Below are positions 18,308 through 27,694 of a DNA stretch of 64,000 nt, piece after piece (the first letter of the stretch is position 1; every line of letters begins with the position of its first letter). Made by a program: the position numbers and the translations under genes. The DNA is taken from assembly GCA_048939995.1 (NCBI GenBank), contig JBHLOY010000002.1, forward strand, positions 224,001 through 288,000, given 5' to 3'. The DNA is from Promethearchaeota archaeon. Lineage in GTDB: Archaea; Asgardarchaeota; Lokiarchaeia; Sigyniarchaeales; SOKP01. The notes beneath the pieces were generated by a model, which did not search any database, was not told where the DNA came from, and saw only the letters and a list, made by a program, of their open reading frames with translations.

Positions 18308-18396
18308 TAGCCATTAGTTCTATATTCAAATCAATTTACTTTTTTAATTCTTTTACATATATAATTATCTGAAATAAAATTTATTTGATTTAACTC

Positions 18397-20037
18397 ATGA
18401 ATTCATTTGATTTTGATAAAGAGGTCCAAAAGTATTTTAATCGCTCATATTCTGATATAAAATGCGTAGATTGGGAAAAATGGTTAGATGTATCAAGCAG
18501 AGAAGAATATGAGGATTTATCGTTAAAATTATCTGGTTTATCCTCAGTTGATGGGCTTTTTGAGAAAATGCGTACCGAATTAACCGACTCAAAGCAAATA
18601 TCCTTGAATTTAGCAACATTTCTAAACAATTTTGATGATTCAAATATTCCAATATTATGTCATACTTCTGGGACGACTAATAGTGAGATTTCAGCTTTAA
18701 AATGGTTTAACATGTCTAGAGATATAGTTAAAAGAACTTGGGCCCCTGGTATGCAAGCTATTTTTGAATCGAGTGGTTTAAATAGAAGATTATCTGCAGT
18801 AATATTTGTTCCATCACGAATTAAAATAGATGGACTTCAATCATACGAGGGGCAAAAATATCTGTCTTTATATTCGTCAGAATTTTCACAGAGAGTTATG
18901 CTTTCACTAATAAAACCACAAAACTATAGCTTTTATGAGTATAAGAATTCAAAGAATTTGGAGGTTATTTCTAAAATTTTAAGTTTGGAAAAAATAGCTG
19001 TTATCTCTGCTCCCGCAATAACAATCTTAGGATGGGCAGATTTAGAAAAATTCCAAATTGGTTTAAGGAAATCTCTAGAAGATTTACCAGAAGAAAAAGT
19101 TCCAATTCTAGATGAATTATTAACAATTATTGAAAAAAAAGGTATAGAACAGGCATCTGAAATTATTCAAAAGAGACTCTCTGAAAAATTATCTAACGCG
19201 ACCCTAATATTTAGTATAAGTTCTCTTTCTGAACATAATTGGTCTATGATACGTAAATTTATGAGATGGGAAGAAGGTGGAGAACGATTTACTAATCTTT
19301 ATGTAGCCTCTGAGATTGGCCCATTTGCAGCTAGTATTTCAAAAGGAGATTTTAGGCTTTCACGTATGAATAGAATGTATGTTTTTCCCCTTACTTTGCC
19401 TGTCCTCGAATACGGAAACAAAAAAATGCGTATTTCCGAAATTTCAGATCAAACTGGTAAGCTCTTCATTTCAAGAATGGGTGATTCAAAGGCTTTAATA
19501 AATATAGATATTGGAGATATAATTACTGTCAGGAATTCAAATGGTCTACCCCAGATCGATGGAAACATCATTAGATCAAGCTTTCAGTTAAAATATGAAG
19601 TAAAATTATCAAACAAGGTTGAAATTCCAAATAAATTTAGGATTTTAGCTGGAGATTTTTTTTCCTTAAAAAATTTAATAATCAAACAACCGAGAAATTT
19701 GTTAAATTGTCTAAAAGCTAATTGTGAACTAGAAACTGATGCATTATTACTTCTACCAAAGGATGATCAGAGTTGGGATTTAGTTCTACCAGGAGATTTG
19801 AAATCAAACTGTATTAATGAAAAAAAAATATTTGAAATTATCTCAAAATGTCCAACTCAAGCAGATATTTATCAAGCACTCATAAACAATTCAATTAATC
19901 TAAAATTTATAGAAGATCAACCTGTTGATTTTTTGGCTACACGAGAAGAAATATTAAAGAAAGTAAGAGAAGGTCAAATGCCCAAGGGTATTTTAAAGAA
20001 GTGGCCCTTATATGTGATTTCCACTAGAAATCAATAA
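18397..20037 (+). CDS. Adenylate-forming (ANL superfamily) ligase, GH3/PaaK/LuxE-like
   Basis: HTSGTT P-loop, YVASEIG, DIGDII in the expected order. Confidence 0.65.
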   Translation: MNSFDFDKEVQKYFNRSYSDIKCVDWEKWLDVSSREEYEDLSLKLSGLSSVDGLFEKMRTELTDSKQISLNLATFLNNFDDSNIPILCHTSGTTNSEISALKWFNMSRDIVKRTWAPGMQAIFESSGLNRRLSAVIFVPSRIKIDGLQSYEGQKYLSLYSSEFSQRVMLSLIKPQNYSFYEYKNSKNLEVISKILSLEKIAVISAPAITILGWADLEKFQIGLRKSLEDLPEEKVPILDELLTIIEKKGIEQASEIIQKRLSEKLSNATLIFSISSLSEHNWSMIRKFMRWEEGGERFTNLYVASEIGPFAASISKGDFRLSRMNRMYVFPLTLPVLEYGNKKMRISEISDQTGKLFISRMGDSKALINIDIGDIITVRNSNGLPQIDGNIIRSSFQLKYEVKLSNKVEIPNKFRILAGDFFSLKNLIIKQPRNLLNCLKANCELETDALLLLPKDDQSWDLVLPGDLKSNCINEKKIFEIISKCPTQADIYQALINNSINLKFIEDQPVDFLATREEILKKVREGQMPKGILKKWPLYVISTRNQ

Positions 20038-20110
20038 TCAATTGTCTGATTAATAAGTTATAAAAAAACAATATAAATTCCTTTTTGCCTTAAATTATAA
20101 GTAAAATAGA

Positions 20111-20596
20111 ATGGTTTTCAGAATGAAAGATAAATTCAATCTCGTTGGTACAAAGATTACTGAATTTGAATTACCAAATTCTCGAGGAGAAACAAAAAAT
20201 ATTCGAGGTTTACAAGGACAAAATGTGGTCCTTGTACTATTTAGGAGTAAAAACTGACCTTATGCAAAAGCTCATGCTCAGAAACTTAGTAAAGAATATG
20301 ATAAGTTTAAAGATTATAACGCAACACTTTTTACCATTTTACCTGATGATTTTGAGAGTGCTCAAATATTTGAAAAAAATTTTGCAAAGAATGTATACCC
20401 CATATTCTATGATGATACAAAAAAAGTTAATAAAATGTTAAAACAGGAAGTTAAACCTTTAAAACTAGGAAGAATGCCAGCCCTTCTTATTATAGATAAA
20501 GAAGGAATTATCAGATATGCATACTACAGCGATTCGATGTCAGATATCCCCGAGAATGAAGTTGTATTTGAAGTACTCAAAAATCTTAATAAATAA
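20111..20596 (+). CDS. Peroxiredoxin-like (AhpC/TSA, redoxin) protein with in-frame TGA at 20255-20257; probable selenoprotein (alternative start 20123)
   Basis: Manual translation: VGTKITEFELPNSRGETKNIRGLQGQNVVLVLFRSKN*PYAKAHAQKLSKEYDKFKDYNATLFTILPD...YPIFYDDTKKV...GRMPALLIIDKEGIIRYAYY...; the same frame continues to TAA 20594-20596; TGA is at the first Cys position of the redoxin CPYC motif. Confidence 0.8.
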
Positions 20597-20598
20597 TA

Positions 20599-20671
20599 TG
20601 ATTTGGTATGAATAAAATATAAAAAATTGTTGAATTTTATTCTAATAAGTTAGCCATACTTTACCAAATCA
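20599..20671 (+). ncRNA. 3' UTR stem-loop immediately after the TGA-containing gene; candidate SECIS-like element
   Basis: TGATTTGGTA (20599-20608) / TACCAAATCA (20662-20671) perfect 10 bp; inner GAATAAAAT (20610-20618) / ATTTTATTC (20634-20642); ATGA at the base of the inner stem and an A-rich apex; canonical 3' GA not evident. Confidence 0.4.
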
Positions 20672-20757
20672 ACCAATATTTTTACTTTAGAAATAGGAAC
20701 ACTTCTTAAATCTGGATTTGGGAGAAAAAGTATACTGCTGTTAAGCTAGTCAAATTT

Positions 20758-20791
20758 ATTATAGTTATAACTATAATTTTAACTATAATTT
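20758..20791. repeat. 20-bp perfect palindrome overlapping a 12-bp tandem repeat, between convergent genes
   Basis: ATTATAGTTATAACTATAAT at 20758-20777; TAACTATAATTT twice at 20768-20791. Confidence 0.6.
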
Positions 20792-20806
20792 ATTCTTATA
20801 TATGAC

Positions 20807-21700
20807 TTATTTCAAAAAACGTGGATCACTTTCGAGAAATTTAATAGCCTTTAAGACACTTTTTTCCTTATCTTTTATCTCTAACATAATATCAAAATCA
20901 AATTTTTTAGTCTTTTTAATAAATTCTTTAAAGTGGTTAAGATTGACATTATCAGCATGCGTAGGTTTTCCTTTTTTGGGGTGTTGAGAGCTATAATGTA
21001 CAATTGGTTTTCCATCAATAGCCTTCCAAGTTTGAAGGGAAAGTTTAAAGGCACCTTGAAGAGAAAGGCCTGAATTAAAGCATTCATGATGATACACATC
21101 TAATATGAGAGGAATACCTTCAGTCTCACTAATCTTAACACATTCGCTTAAATTATAATTTTTGTCATCATTTTCAATCACATATCTCTTTTTAATCGAA
21201 GATTCCAATGTTTTATAAACTTTTTTAAATCTATTAATACTTGCACTTTTATCGCCATATACACCACCTATGTGGGTCATTATTTTAGCTGTCGAATCTA
21301 ATCTAAGTAAATCTAACACATTAGTATGATATTGTAATTCTTTAATACTATTTGCGACCACATTTGCATTTTTTGAATTTAAAACCGTATACTGTCCAGG
21401 ATGCATAGTTATTCTCATTTTATTCTGTTTAATATATTTCCCAATTTCTCTAAACTTAAGCTTGAAATAATCTTGCCAATCAAATTTCATAATTGGGTGC
21501 GAAGCAAATGGAATCAAATCAGATGTTATTCTAAAGAAAAATATTTTATTCTCACAATTATATTTAAGAATTTGGAGTAAGCAGTCCAAATTCCCTCCAA
21601 TAGTATTAATAAGTCGTTCTTCGGAATAATTCTTTAAGCGAAAGGTTCTACTACTCCTACATTTTAAACTTAAATTAATGCAGGGATATCCAATTTTCAT
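20807..21700 (-). CDS. uvsE: UV DNA damage endonuclease
   Basis: MKIGYPCIN, FFRITSDLIPFASHP, MHPGQYTVLNS, HIGGVYGDK, IENDD, LDVYHH, VHYS, MLEIKDKE. Confidence 0.93.
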   Translation of the reverse strand: MKIGYPCINLSLKCRSSRTFRLKNYSEERLINTIGGNLDCLLQILKYNCENKIFFFRITSDLIPFASHPIMKFDWQDYFKLKFREIGKYIKQNKMRITMHPGQYTVLNSKNANVVANSIKELQYHTNVLDLLRLDSTAKIMTHIGGVYGDKSASINRFKKVYKTLESSIKKRYVIENDDKNYNLSECVKISETEGIPLILDVYHHECFNSGLSLQGAFKLSLQTWKAIDGKPIVHYSSQHPKKGKPTHADNVNLNHFKEFIKKTKKFDFDIMLEIKDKEKSVLKAIKFLESDPRFLK

Positions 21701-21715
21701 TCTAATCGATTTTTT

Positions 21716-22567
21716 CTAGCCTTTTGAAATTATTTTATCTTTTCTCCTAGTATAAAGCTCTTCATATTTCTTTCCTAACTGCTCCATATCATGTTTTTGT
21801 TCAGCAATCACTTCTTCCAATCCTTCCTCAAAAAATACGTCTTTTTTATACTTTCTCGCAGGAGCGCCAAGATAAACCCATCCTTCTTCTAATTCCTGCC
21901 CAACAGTTGTAAGTGAGCTAGCAGCTAATACACAATTCTTATGAATGTGAGTTCCTGGCATAACAACAGAATGGACGCCGATCCTTACATTATCCTCGAT
22001 GATTGTTTTTCTAATAATCAGTAAGTTCCCAATGATTGTAGCAGATTGGATAATACTTGCTTGGCCACAAACTACGTTTTTTCCAAATTCTATAAACTCT
22101 GTATCACACCATGACTCAAAAAGTGAATTTGAAAGAGTTGTCTTAACTCCAAAGAATTTAAAGCAGAGATTATCTAAGAAAGGAAGCGGAAACTTATGAG
22201 CAACCCATATTGGCCACTTTTTAATAGTATTTCGAATACTCCAATAACGATAGTCACGATCCATTGGATCTCTAAGAAATGTGCCTTCACGAGGCTTATG
22301 CAGAAGATTAGCGCAAATTAATAAAAACTTAGCAATTAATAACGATGAAAAAACCAGTGAAACATACATAGTGAATATTAAAAGTGGTAGAAAAATAAGA
22401 AAATGCACAAACCTAGTCGTGTATAATGAACTCCAATACCACCAAAATTCGAACTGGATCACAAAAAGACTAAACCAAATTTCAAAGATGTATAGGATTA
22501 AATATTTTTTCTTTACTAATACTAGACTTGTATGAGGTCCTACCCGAAAATTTCCTGGTACAGACAT
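21716..22567 (-). CDS. 2TM + LbH protein, class C; paralog of 13206..14156
   Basis: MSVP..RVGP..LVKK.YL, KPREGTFLR..DYRYWSIR, hexapeptide repeats. Confidence 0.8.
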   Translation of the reverse strand: MSVPGNFRVGPHTSLVLVKKKYLILYIFEIWFSLFVIQFEFWWYWSSLYTTRFVHFLIFLPLLIFTMYVSLVFSSLLIAKFLLICANLLHKPREGTFLRDPMDRDYRYWSIRNTIKKWPIWVAHKFPLPFLDNLCFKFFGVKTTLSNSLFESWCDTEFIEFGKNVVCGQASIIQSATIIGNLLIIRKTIIEDNVRIGVHSVVMPGTHIHKNCVLAASSLTTVGQELEEGWVYLGAPARKYKKDVFFEEGLEEVIAEQKHDMEQLGKKYEELYTRRKDKIISKG

Positions 22568-23460
22568 TAATCCTCTTCTTCGTGATTATAATTATTATTT
22601 AATAAATTTTTTTTTTCATCATCGATATTAACTTCATGTTCAACTTCAACACTTGTTTCTTCTTCAACATCCCTCTTAAAAATTCTATCTCGTCTTTGTT
22701 GTGCATACTTGTTTGGTTTATACTTCATTGCCGGAAGTCCAAGATAGATCCAGCCAGGTTCTAAAAATTGGTTATAATTTGTATTTGTAAATGCGCCACT
22801 TACGGATTCTTCTCCAAAAATAGTGCCAGGAGAAACATTAGAAACTCCTCCTACTACCGTATAATCTTCAAAAATTACCTTCTTTATAATCAAATATTTT
22901 CCAACAACCATAGAGCTCATAACTATACTTCCTTGGCCTATAGTTATTTTCCTGCCGAACTTAATAAAATCTGTATCTACCCATGCATCTTGAAGATGAC
23001 TAGAGAAATCCATATGGACACCAAACCATCTAAAACCCCACATTACAATCCAGGGCAATGGACTATTTGTCATCAGCCATAATGCTAACTTCTTTAACTC
23101 GATTCGCAATCGCCAAAACTCAAAATCAGTATTCCCGGGCTCTGCTCTAAATACTCCCTCTTTTGGCTTATGTATCATATTTACGATTAATAAACATGCC
23201 TTTGAAAAAATTGCTATACCAAAAATAAAAATAAAGTATAATATAAAAAGCCAAAATGGAATCAGCAGCATACTAGCAATCCAATTATTTAGATATCGAG
23301 AAACATCAAAAAACACAGTAATTGCCATATATCCACTAATCCACAAAATTGGAATGTATAGAACAAGAAATTTCCAACTTATTCTACTTATTGCACTACT
23401 GGTGATAAAATCAATTGTATAGTCTATTTTATCATTTGTTTCGTCTTTAGCTTCACTCAT
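22567..23460 (-). CDS. 2TM + LbH protein, class B; corresponds to the C-half of 14163 and 25468
   Basis: DFITSSAISR, HKPKEGVF..DFEFWRLRIELKK, MDFSSHLQDAW, VEHEVNIDDEK. Confidence 0.8.
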   Translation of the reverse strand: MSEAKDETNDKIDYTIDFITSSAISRISWKFLVLYIPILWISGYMAITVFFDVSRYLNNWIASMLLIPFWLFILYFIFIFGIAIFSKACLLIVNMIHKPKEGVFRAEPGNTDFEFWRLRIELKKLALWLMTNSPLPWIVMWGFRWFGVHMDFSSHLQDAWVDTDFIKFGRKITIGQGSIVMSSMVVGKYLIIKKVIFEDYTVVGGVSNVSPGTIFGEESVSGAFTNTNYNQFLEPGWIYLGLPAMKYKPNKYAQQRRDRIFKRDVEEETSVEVEHEVNIDDEKKNLLNNNYNHEEED

Positions 23461-23470
23461 CTTGCAAACT

Positions 23471-24352
23471 TCACCTTACTTTTTCCTCATTTTTCTTATC
23501 TCTGAGCTTTTCTGCCTTTTCAAAATCTGCTTCAGTTATATCTAAATAGTCTATTACTTTTTTTTTAAAGATACGACGCAATGGAGCACCAAAATAGTAA
23601 TTATCACCTTTTAGGATGTTAAATTTAGTCGCGCCACTCATCGGTAATAACCATGAGTTATCGTTTACTTCTGAACCAGGGCCAACACAATTAAATGCAC
23701 CAGCAGTAACATTATCACCAATTTTAACTCTAAAATAAGAAATATTACCAAATATCCCTTCTACAGCATGAGAACTGATCGCTCCTCCTATCCCAAAATA
23801 ACAATTCTTCCCAATAGTGACGAATCTATCAGCGCCTACATTCTCTTCGAGAGTAGTTCCTTTTCCGATTATATTGGTTCCAATAAAATTGTAAAGCCAC
23901 GTGATTAGCCAAGGAAAAGGACCTCTTATTATAGAATTTTTTGGATATTTTATAACAAAACTTCGAATATGATAATAATTTGCCGTTTTACTAGGAATGT
24001 TTCTAGGGATAATTCCATCCTTAGAAGGTGAAATTTTTTCAGTTGTCCTCCAAATACCTCGTGTGATAAGGGCCATGAAAAACACATGAACTAAATAACA
24101 TAATATGATTATCAATGGCATAAAAATTGAAGCTAAAAGCGGTTCCAGTCGCGTAAACAGCAAAATGAATTTATTTTCTTGCAAAAAATATGGTGAATAG
24201 AATAACATGACATACAGCATGAAAATAATTGCTGGAATAATGAACGACCCAAAATAAATTATGAAAAATAAAATCATATACCAATGAAACTGGAGATTTA
24301 TTTCTTCCTTAGCGATTCCTTTATCAGTTTCATTTATTTGAGTGGTTTTCAT
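23471..24352 (-). CDS. 2TM + LbH protein, class A; corresponds to the N-half of 14163 and 25468
   Basis: EKISPSKDGIIPRNIPSKTANYYHIRSF, IGKGTTLEE, HAVEGIFGNI, YYFGAPLRRIF. Confidence 0.8.
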   Translation of the reverse strand: MKTTQINETDKGIAKEEINLQFHWYMILFFIIYFGSFIIPAIIFMLYVMLFYSPYFLQENKFILLFTRLEPLLASIFMPLIIILCYLVHVFFMALITRGIWRTTEKISPSKDGIIPRNIPSKTANYYHIRSFVIKYPKNSIIRGPFPWLITWLYNFIGTNIIGKGTTLEENVGADRFVTIGKNCYFGIGGAISSHAVEGIFGNISYFRVKIGDNVTAGAFNCVGPGSEVNDNSWLLPMSGATKFNILKGDNYYFGAPLRRIFKKKVIDYLDITEADFEKAEKLRDKKNEEKVR

Positions 24353-24530
24353 CTCTTAACTTATGCACATTTTTTTAAAGTTATCATAGAAATAATTATA
24401 TGAATATTATTATGAGTTCTTTGACTATTTATTATGATATAATTTAAAAATTTCCACACTATTGATTTTAGGAATAATATATTAAGAAAAAATAAAAGGT
24501 TAAATATTATATTTTATTAAAAATTTTGAA

Positions 24531-25367
24531 TCAATCTTTAGGTTTTTCTTTTTTAGGAAACCATGGTATAAATGAGCTAGTTCTCTTCTTGTATGCGGCA
24601 TATTCTTCATTCCCTTCGAATCTCTTATCTAATAATCGTACTCCTGATACTTTTATTATTTGAAACGTAATATATGCAGGGCCAATAAATGTTATAAATC
24701 CGAATGGGACAGCTAATGCTATTACAAAGAGACCCCACCATTGAGTTACTTCTCCAAAATAATTAGGATGTTGCGAATATTTCCATACACTTTTAGTCAT
24801 AATTCTGTTCTTGTTAGCTGGATTTTGCAAAAATTTATAAAGGGAATAATCTGCGATAGTTTCAAAGAGAAATCCTATTAACCAGATTATTGATCCTAAC
24901 CATAAAGTTACTCCTCCAAAATCTAATAAATTGGTTACAGGAGGATTGGCACTTATATTTACAAACCATACAGGGATACAAACGAGAAAAACTATAATTC
25001 CTTGGAATAAATAGACTTTAAAGAGACTTTTTAGAGCAACATTTTTTTTCCAACGTTCACGCATTGCTTTATATCGATAATCTTCAGGTTTTCCTCTATT
25101 TCTTATAAAAACATAGGTTGCTAGCCTAATCGCCCAGATTAATACTAATATCGTTACTATAATTTGACGAATGCAATAACTTGACGTGAATACCAGATTA
25201 AGTATAAGGCTTGTTAATGCAACAACAAAATAAGCAGGGCCATAAAATATGTCCATGATTGCATTATTTCTTTTTATTGTTCCGACTATAAAAGCAATGA
25301 ATATGTATATAAATAGTGCTAATGCTGAGTATCCAATTGTTGTTAACATAATTTCAATAGTTGTCAT
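24531..25367 (-). CDS. DUF1295 / steroid 5-alpha reductase-like membrane protein
   Basis: WAIRLA, EDYRY, ETIADY, WKYSQHPNYFGE, YKKRTSSFIPW. Confidence 0.88.
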   Translation of the reverse strand: MTTIEIMLTTIGYSALALFIYIFIAFIVGTIKRNNAIMDIFYGPAYFVVALTSLILNLVFTSSYCIRQIIVTILVLIWAIRLATYVFIRNRGKPEDYRYKAMRERWKKNVALKSLFKVYLFQGIIVFLVCIPVWFVNISANPPVTNLLDFGGVTLWLGSIIWLIGFLFETIADYSLYKFLQNPANKNRIMTKSVWKYSQHPNYFGEVTQWWGLFVIALAVPFGFITFIGPAYITFQIIKVSGVRLLDKRFEGNEEYAAYKKRTSSFIPWFPKKEKPKD

Positions 25368-25467
25368 AAAAAATACGATTAAATATTAAAATCTTAAAAG
25401 ATGATTATTTGGAAAATATTTATAGTTTATATCTATTAAATAAAGATTTTAAGATTTTTTTTAGGAG

Positions 25468-27288
25468 CTACAGCTTTTTTTTTTTATCCTCTTCGATGTT
25501 TACTTCATGTTCAACATGAAACTTAACTTCTTCATCTACATCTTTTTTAACAATGATGTCCCTTCTCGTTTCGGCATATTTGTTCGGTTTTAGCTTTATT
25601 ACTGGTATTCCTATATAAATGTAGCCTGGCTCTAAAACTTGGTTTAGTGTGGTAATAGAGATAGCAGCAACAACCGTATCCTTTCCAACGATTGTTCCAG
25701 GGGCAATAGTTGTGTGACCTCCTACTAAAGCATAGTCATCTAGAATTATCCTAGAAATTATTAGATATTTCCCGATTACCATTGAGCTCATCAGATTTGC
25801 GCCTTGCCCAATCATTACTTTTCTCCCAAAATAGATAAACTCGCCATCGCACCATGCATCATATAGATAACTTGAATAATCCATTTTGATTCCAAACCAC
25901 TTAAAAGCAAGAGCATCAGCCCAAGGGATAGGGCAATTTCGCATTAGCCATAAAACAACTTTTTTTAACTCAGTACGCAAAAGCCAAAATTCGTAGTCCA
26001 TATCTCTGAGTTGAGCCAAAAAAATTCCTTCCCTAGGGCGATGAAATAAATTGACGAGGATGAGAAACAACTTACTATATAAAAAACAACCTAAAATGAA
26101 AGCAAAATATAGGAAGAATAACAGTGCGGGTAAGAAAAATACGAAGAGGATAGGGTTGGTTACGAACACTGTGTAGGTATAAAATAGGATCCCAACTTGT
26201 AATCCGCTAATCCAGAAGATAGGGAGATAAACTGCCAGAAATTTAATATTAATTCTACTAATTGCTGAGCTAGTAGTAAAATCAACAGTTAAATCTAATT
26301 CTTCATTTTTGATATCATCCTTCTGTTCTTCTTTTAATAATGGATTAGATTCACCTTGAAATTCGTTTAAGATTTTTTTCTTTTTATGCTTCTTGGATTT
26401 TTTATCAGGCACTAAAGTTTTTAAAGAAATCTTATTTTTATCCAATTCTTCTTGCGTTAAATTAAGATATCTCATGACTTTTTTATCAAATATACGTCTT
26501 AAGGGAATTCCGAAATAATAATTATGTTCTCCCTTTAGAACGCTATGCTTAGTGGCAGATGCCAAAGGTAATAGATAAGAATTATCTTTAATCTCTGTTC
26601 CAGGACCAATCTGATTGATCCCTGCTGTGGTAACATTATCTCCAACGTTGATTTGAAAGTATGCGATATTGCCAAAAATTCCTTCTACTAAGTGAGTAGC
26701 TAACGTCGAGCCTACAGCAAAATAACAATTTTTTCCTACAATTCCGAATTTATCATTTCCAACAGATTCCTCAAGTGTACTTCCCTTTCCAATAACCATT
26801 GAACCCACAAAATTAAATAGCCAATTAGAGAGCCATGGAAATAGTCCCTTAACGAACAAGTTCTTAGGATACTTAATGAGAAACGATCTAAGATGATAAT
26901 ATTTCTCAGTTTTACTTCTAATGTTACGTGGAATAATGCCACTTTTACTGGGGGACTTCTTTTCAGTATATCTCCATATTAAACGAGTGATTATTGCGAC
27001 AAATAATAATCTAATAAGGTAACATATAATCAAGACAATTGGCATCGTCAGAAATGCAATTAGCGGCTCAAGTTCGGTAAAAAGACTAACAATATCGGGT
27101 ATAGCTAAAAATTTTGGCAAAAAGAAAGCAAAAACATAGAACATAAATAGAGCGATGGGAACGAGAAAGGATGCTAAATAGATTGTTAATAAAATGACTA
27201 TAGCTGAAAAATATTGAACGCTTAGTTCTTCCCTCTGTACGGGAGGTTTTAACAGTTTAGATGCTTTTACTTGGGGTCTTGATTCCAT
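25468..27288 (-). CDS. Fused double [2TM + LbH] protein, classes A+B; paralog of 14163..16055
   Basis: Same two modules; identical EGIFLAQLRDMDYEFWLLRTELKK segment. Confidence 0.8.
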   Translation of the reverse strand: MESRPQVKASKLLKPPVQREELSVQYFSAIVILLTIYLASFLVPIALFMFYVFAFFLPKFLAIPDIVSLFTELEPLIAFLTMPIVLIICYLIRLLFVAIITRLIWRYTEKKSPSKSGIIPRNIRSKTEKYYHLRSFLIKYPKNLFVKGLFPWLSNWLFNFVGSMVIGKGSTLEESVGNDKFGIVGKNCYFAVGSTLATHLVEGIFGNIAYFQINVGDNVTTAGINQIGPGTEIKDNSYLLPLASATKHSVLKGEHNYYFGIPLRRIFDKKVMRYLNLTQEELDKNKISLKTLVPDKKSKKHKKKKILNEFQGESNPLLKEEQKDDIKNEELDLTVDFTTSSAISRINIKFLAVYLPIFWISGLQVGILFYTYTVFVTNPILFVFFLPALLFFLYFAFILGCFLYSKLFLILVNLFHRPREGIFLAQLRDMDYEFWLLRTELKKVVLWLMRNCPIPWADALAFKWFGIKMDYSSYLYDAWCDGEFIYFGRKVMIGQGANLMSSMVIGKYLIISRIILDDYALVGGHTTIAPGTIVGKDTVVAAISITTLNQVLEPGYIYIGIPVIKLKPNKYAETRRDIIVKKDVDEEVKFHVEHEVNIEEDKKKKL

Positions 27289-27694
27289 ATAAAATATAGT
27301 CCTTTATCAATTATACTTTTTAATTAAGAAAAGATGTAATTTGTACTTTTACTAAATAAAATTATTATTTCAATAAAAACCTCTTTTACATTTCTTCTTT
27401 ATTTATAAAATTTAAAATAAAACGCTAAGCATCGACAAAAAAATAAGTAACCCTTAATTTCCATAATAGTGAAAAATATAAGAGTAAAATATTACCTATA
27501 TCATGAATTATTTTAAGATAATATTGTCAAAAACAGATAACCCTAATCAATCTCTTAATAAACATTATACCATAATTTTATATTATCATAAATCATTAAG
27601 TTCTAGTTAGGTTAAGGCAAATAAAATTATTAAATTATAATAAAAGCCGATAAAATTCAAATATTGATTGTAATCAAGCTTATGGAGGAATTAA

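Noticed and set aside
20255-20257. Genome-wide TGA reassignment (Trp or Gly)
   Set aside because: TGA terminates other genes (e.g. 42713-42715, 43003-43005) and other long ORFs are uninterrupted
20145-20441. 98-aa ORF in the track
   Set aside because: Shadow frame; the overlapping frame 20111..20596 encodes a recognisable redoxin across one TGA
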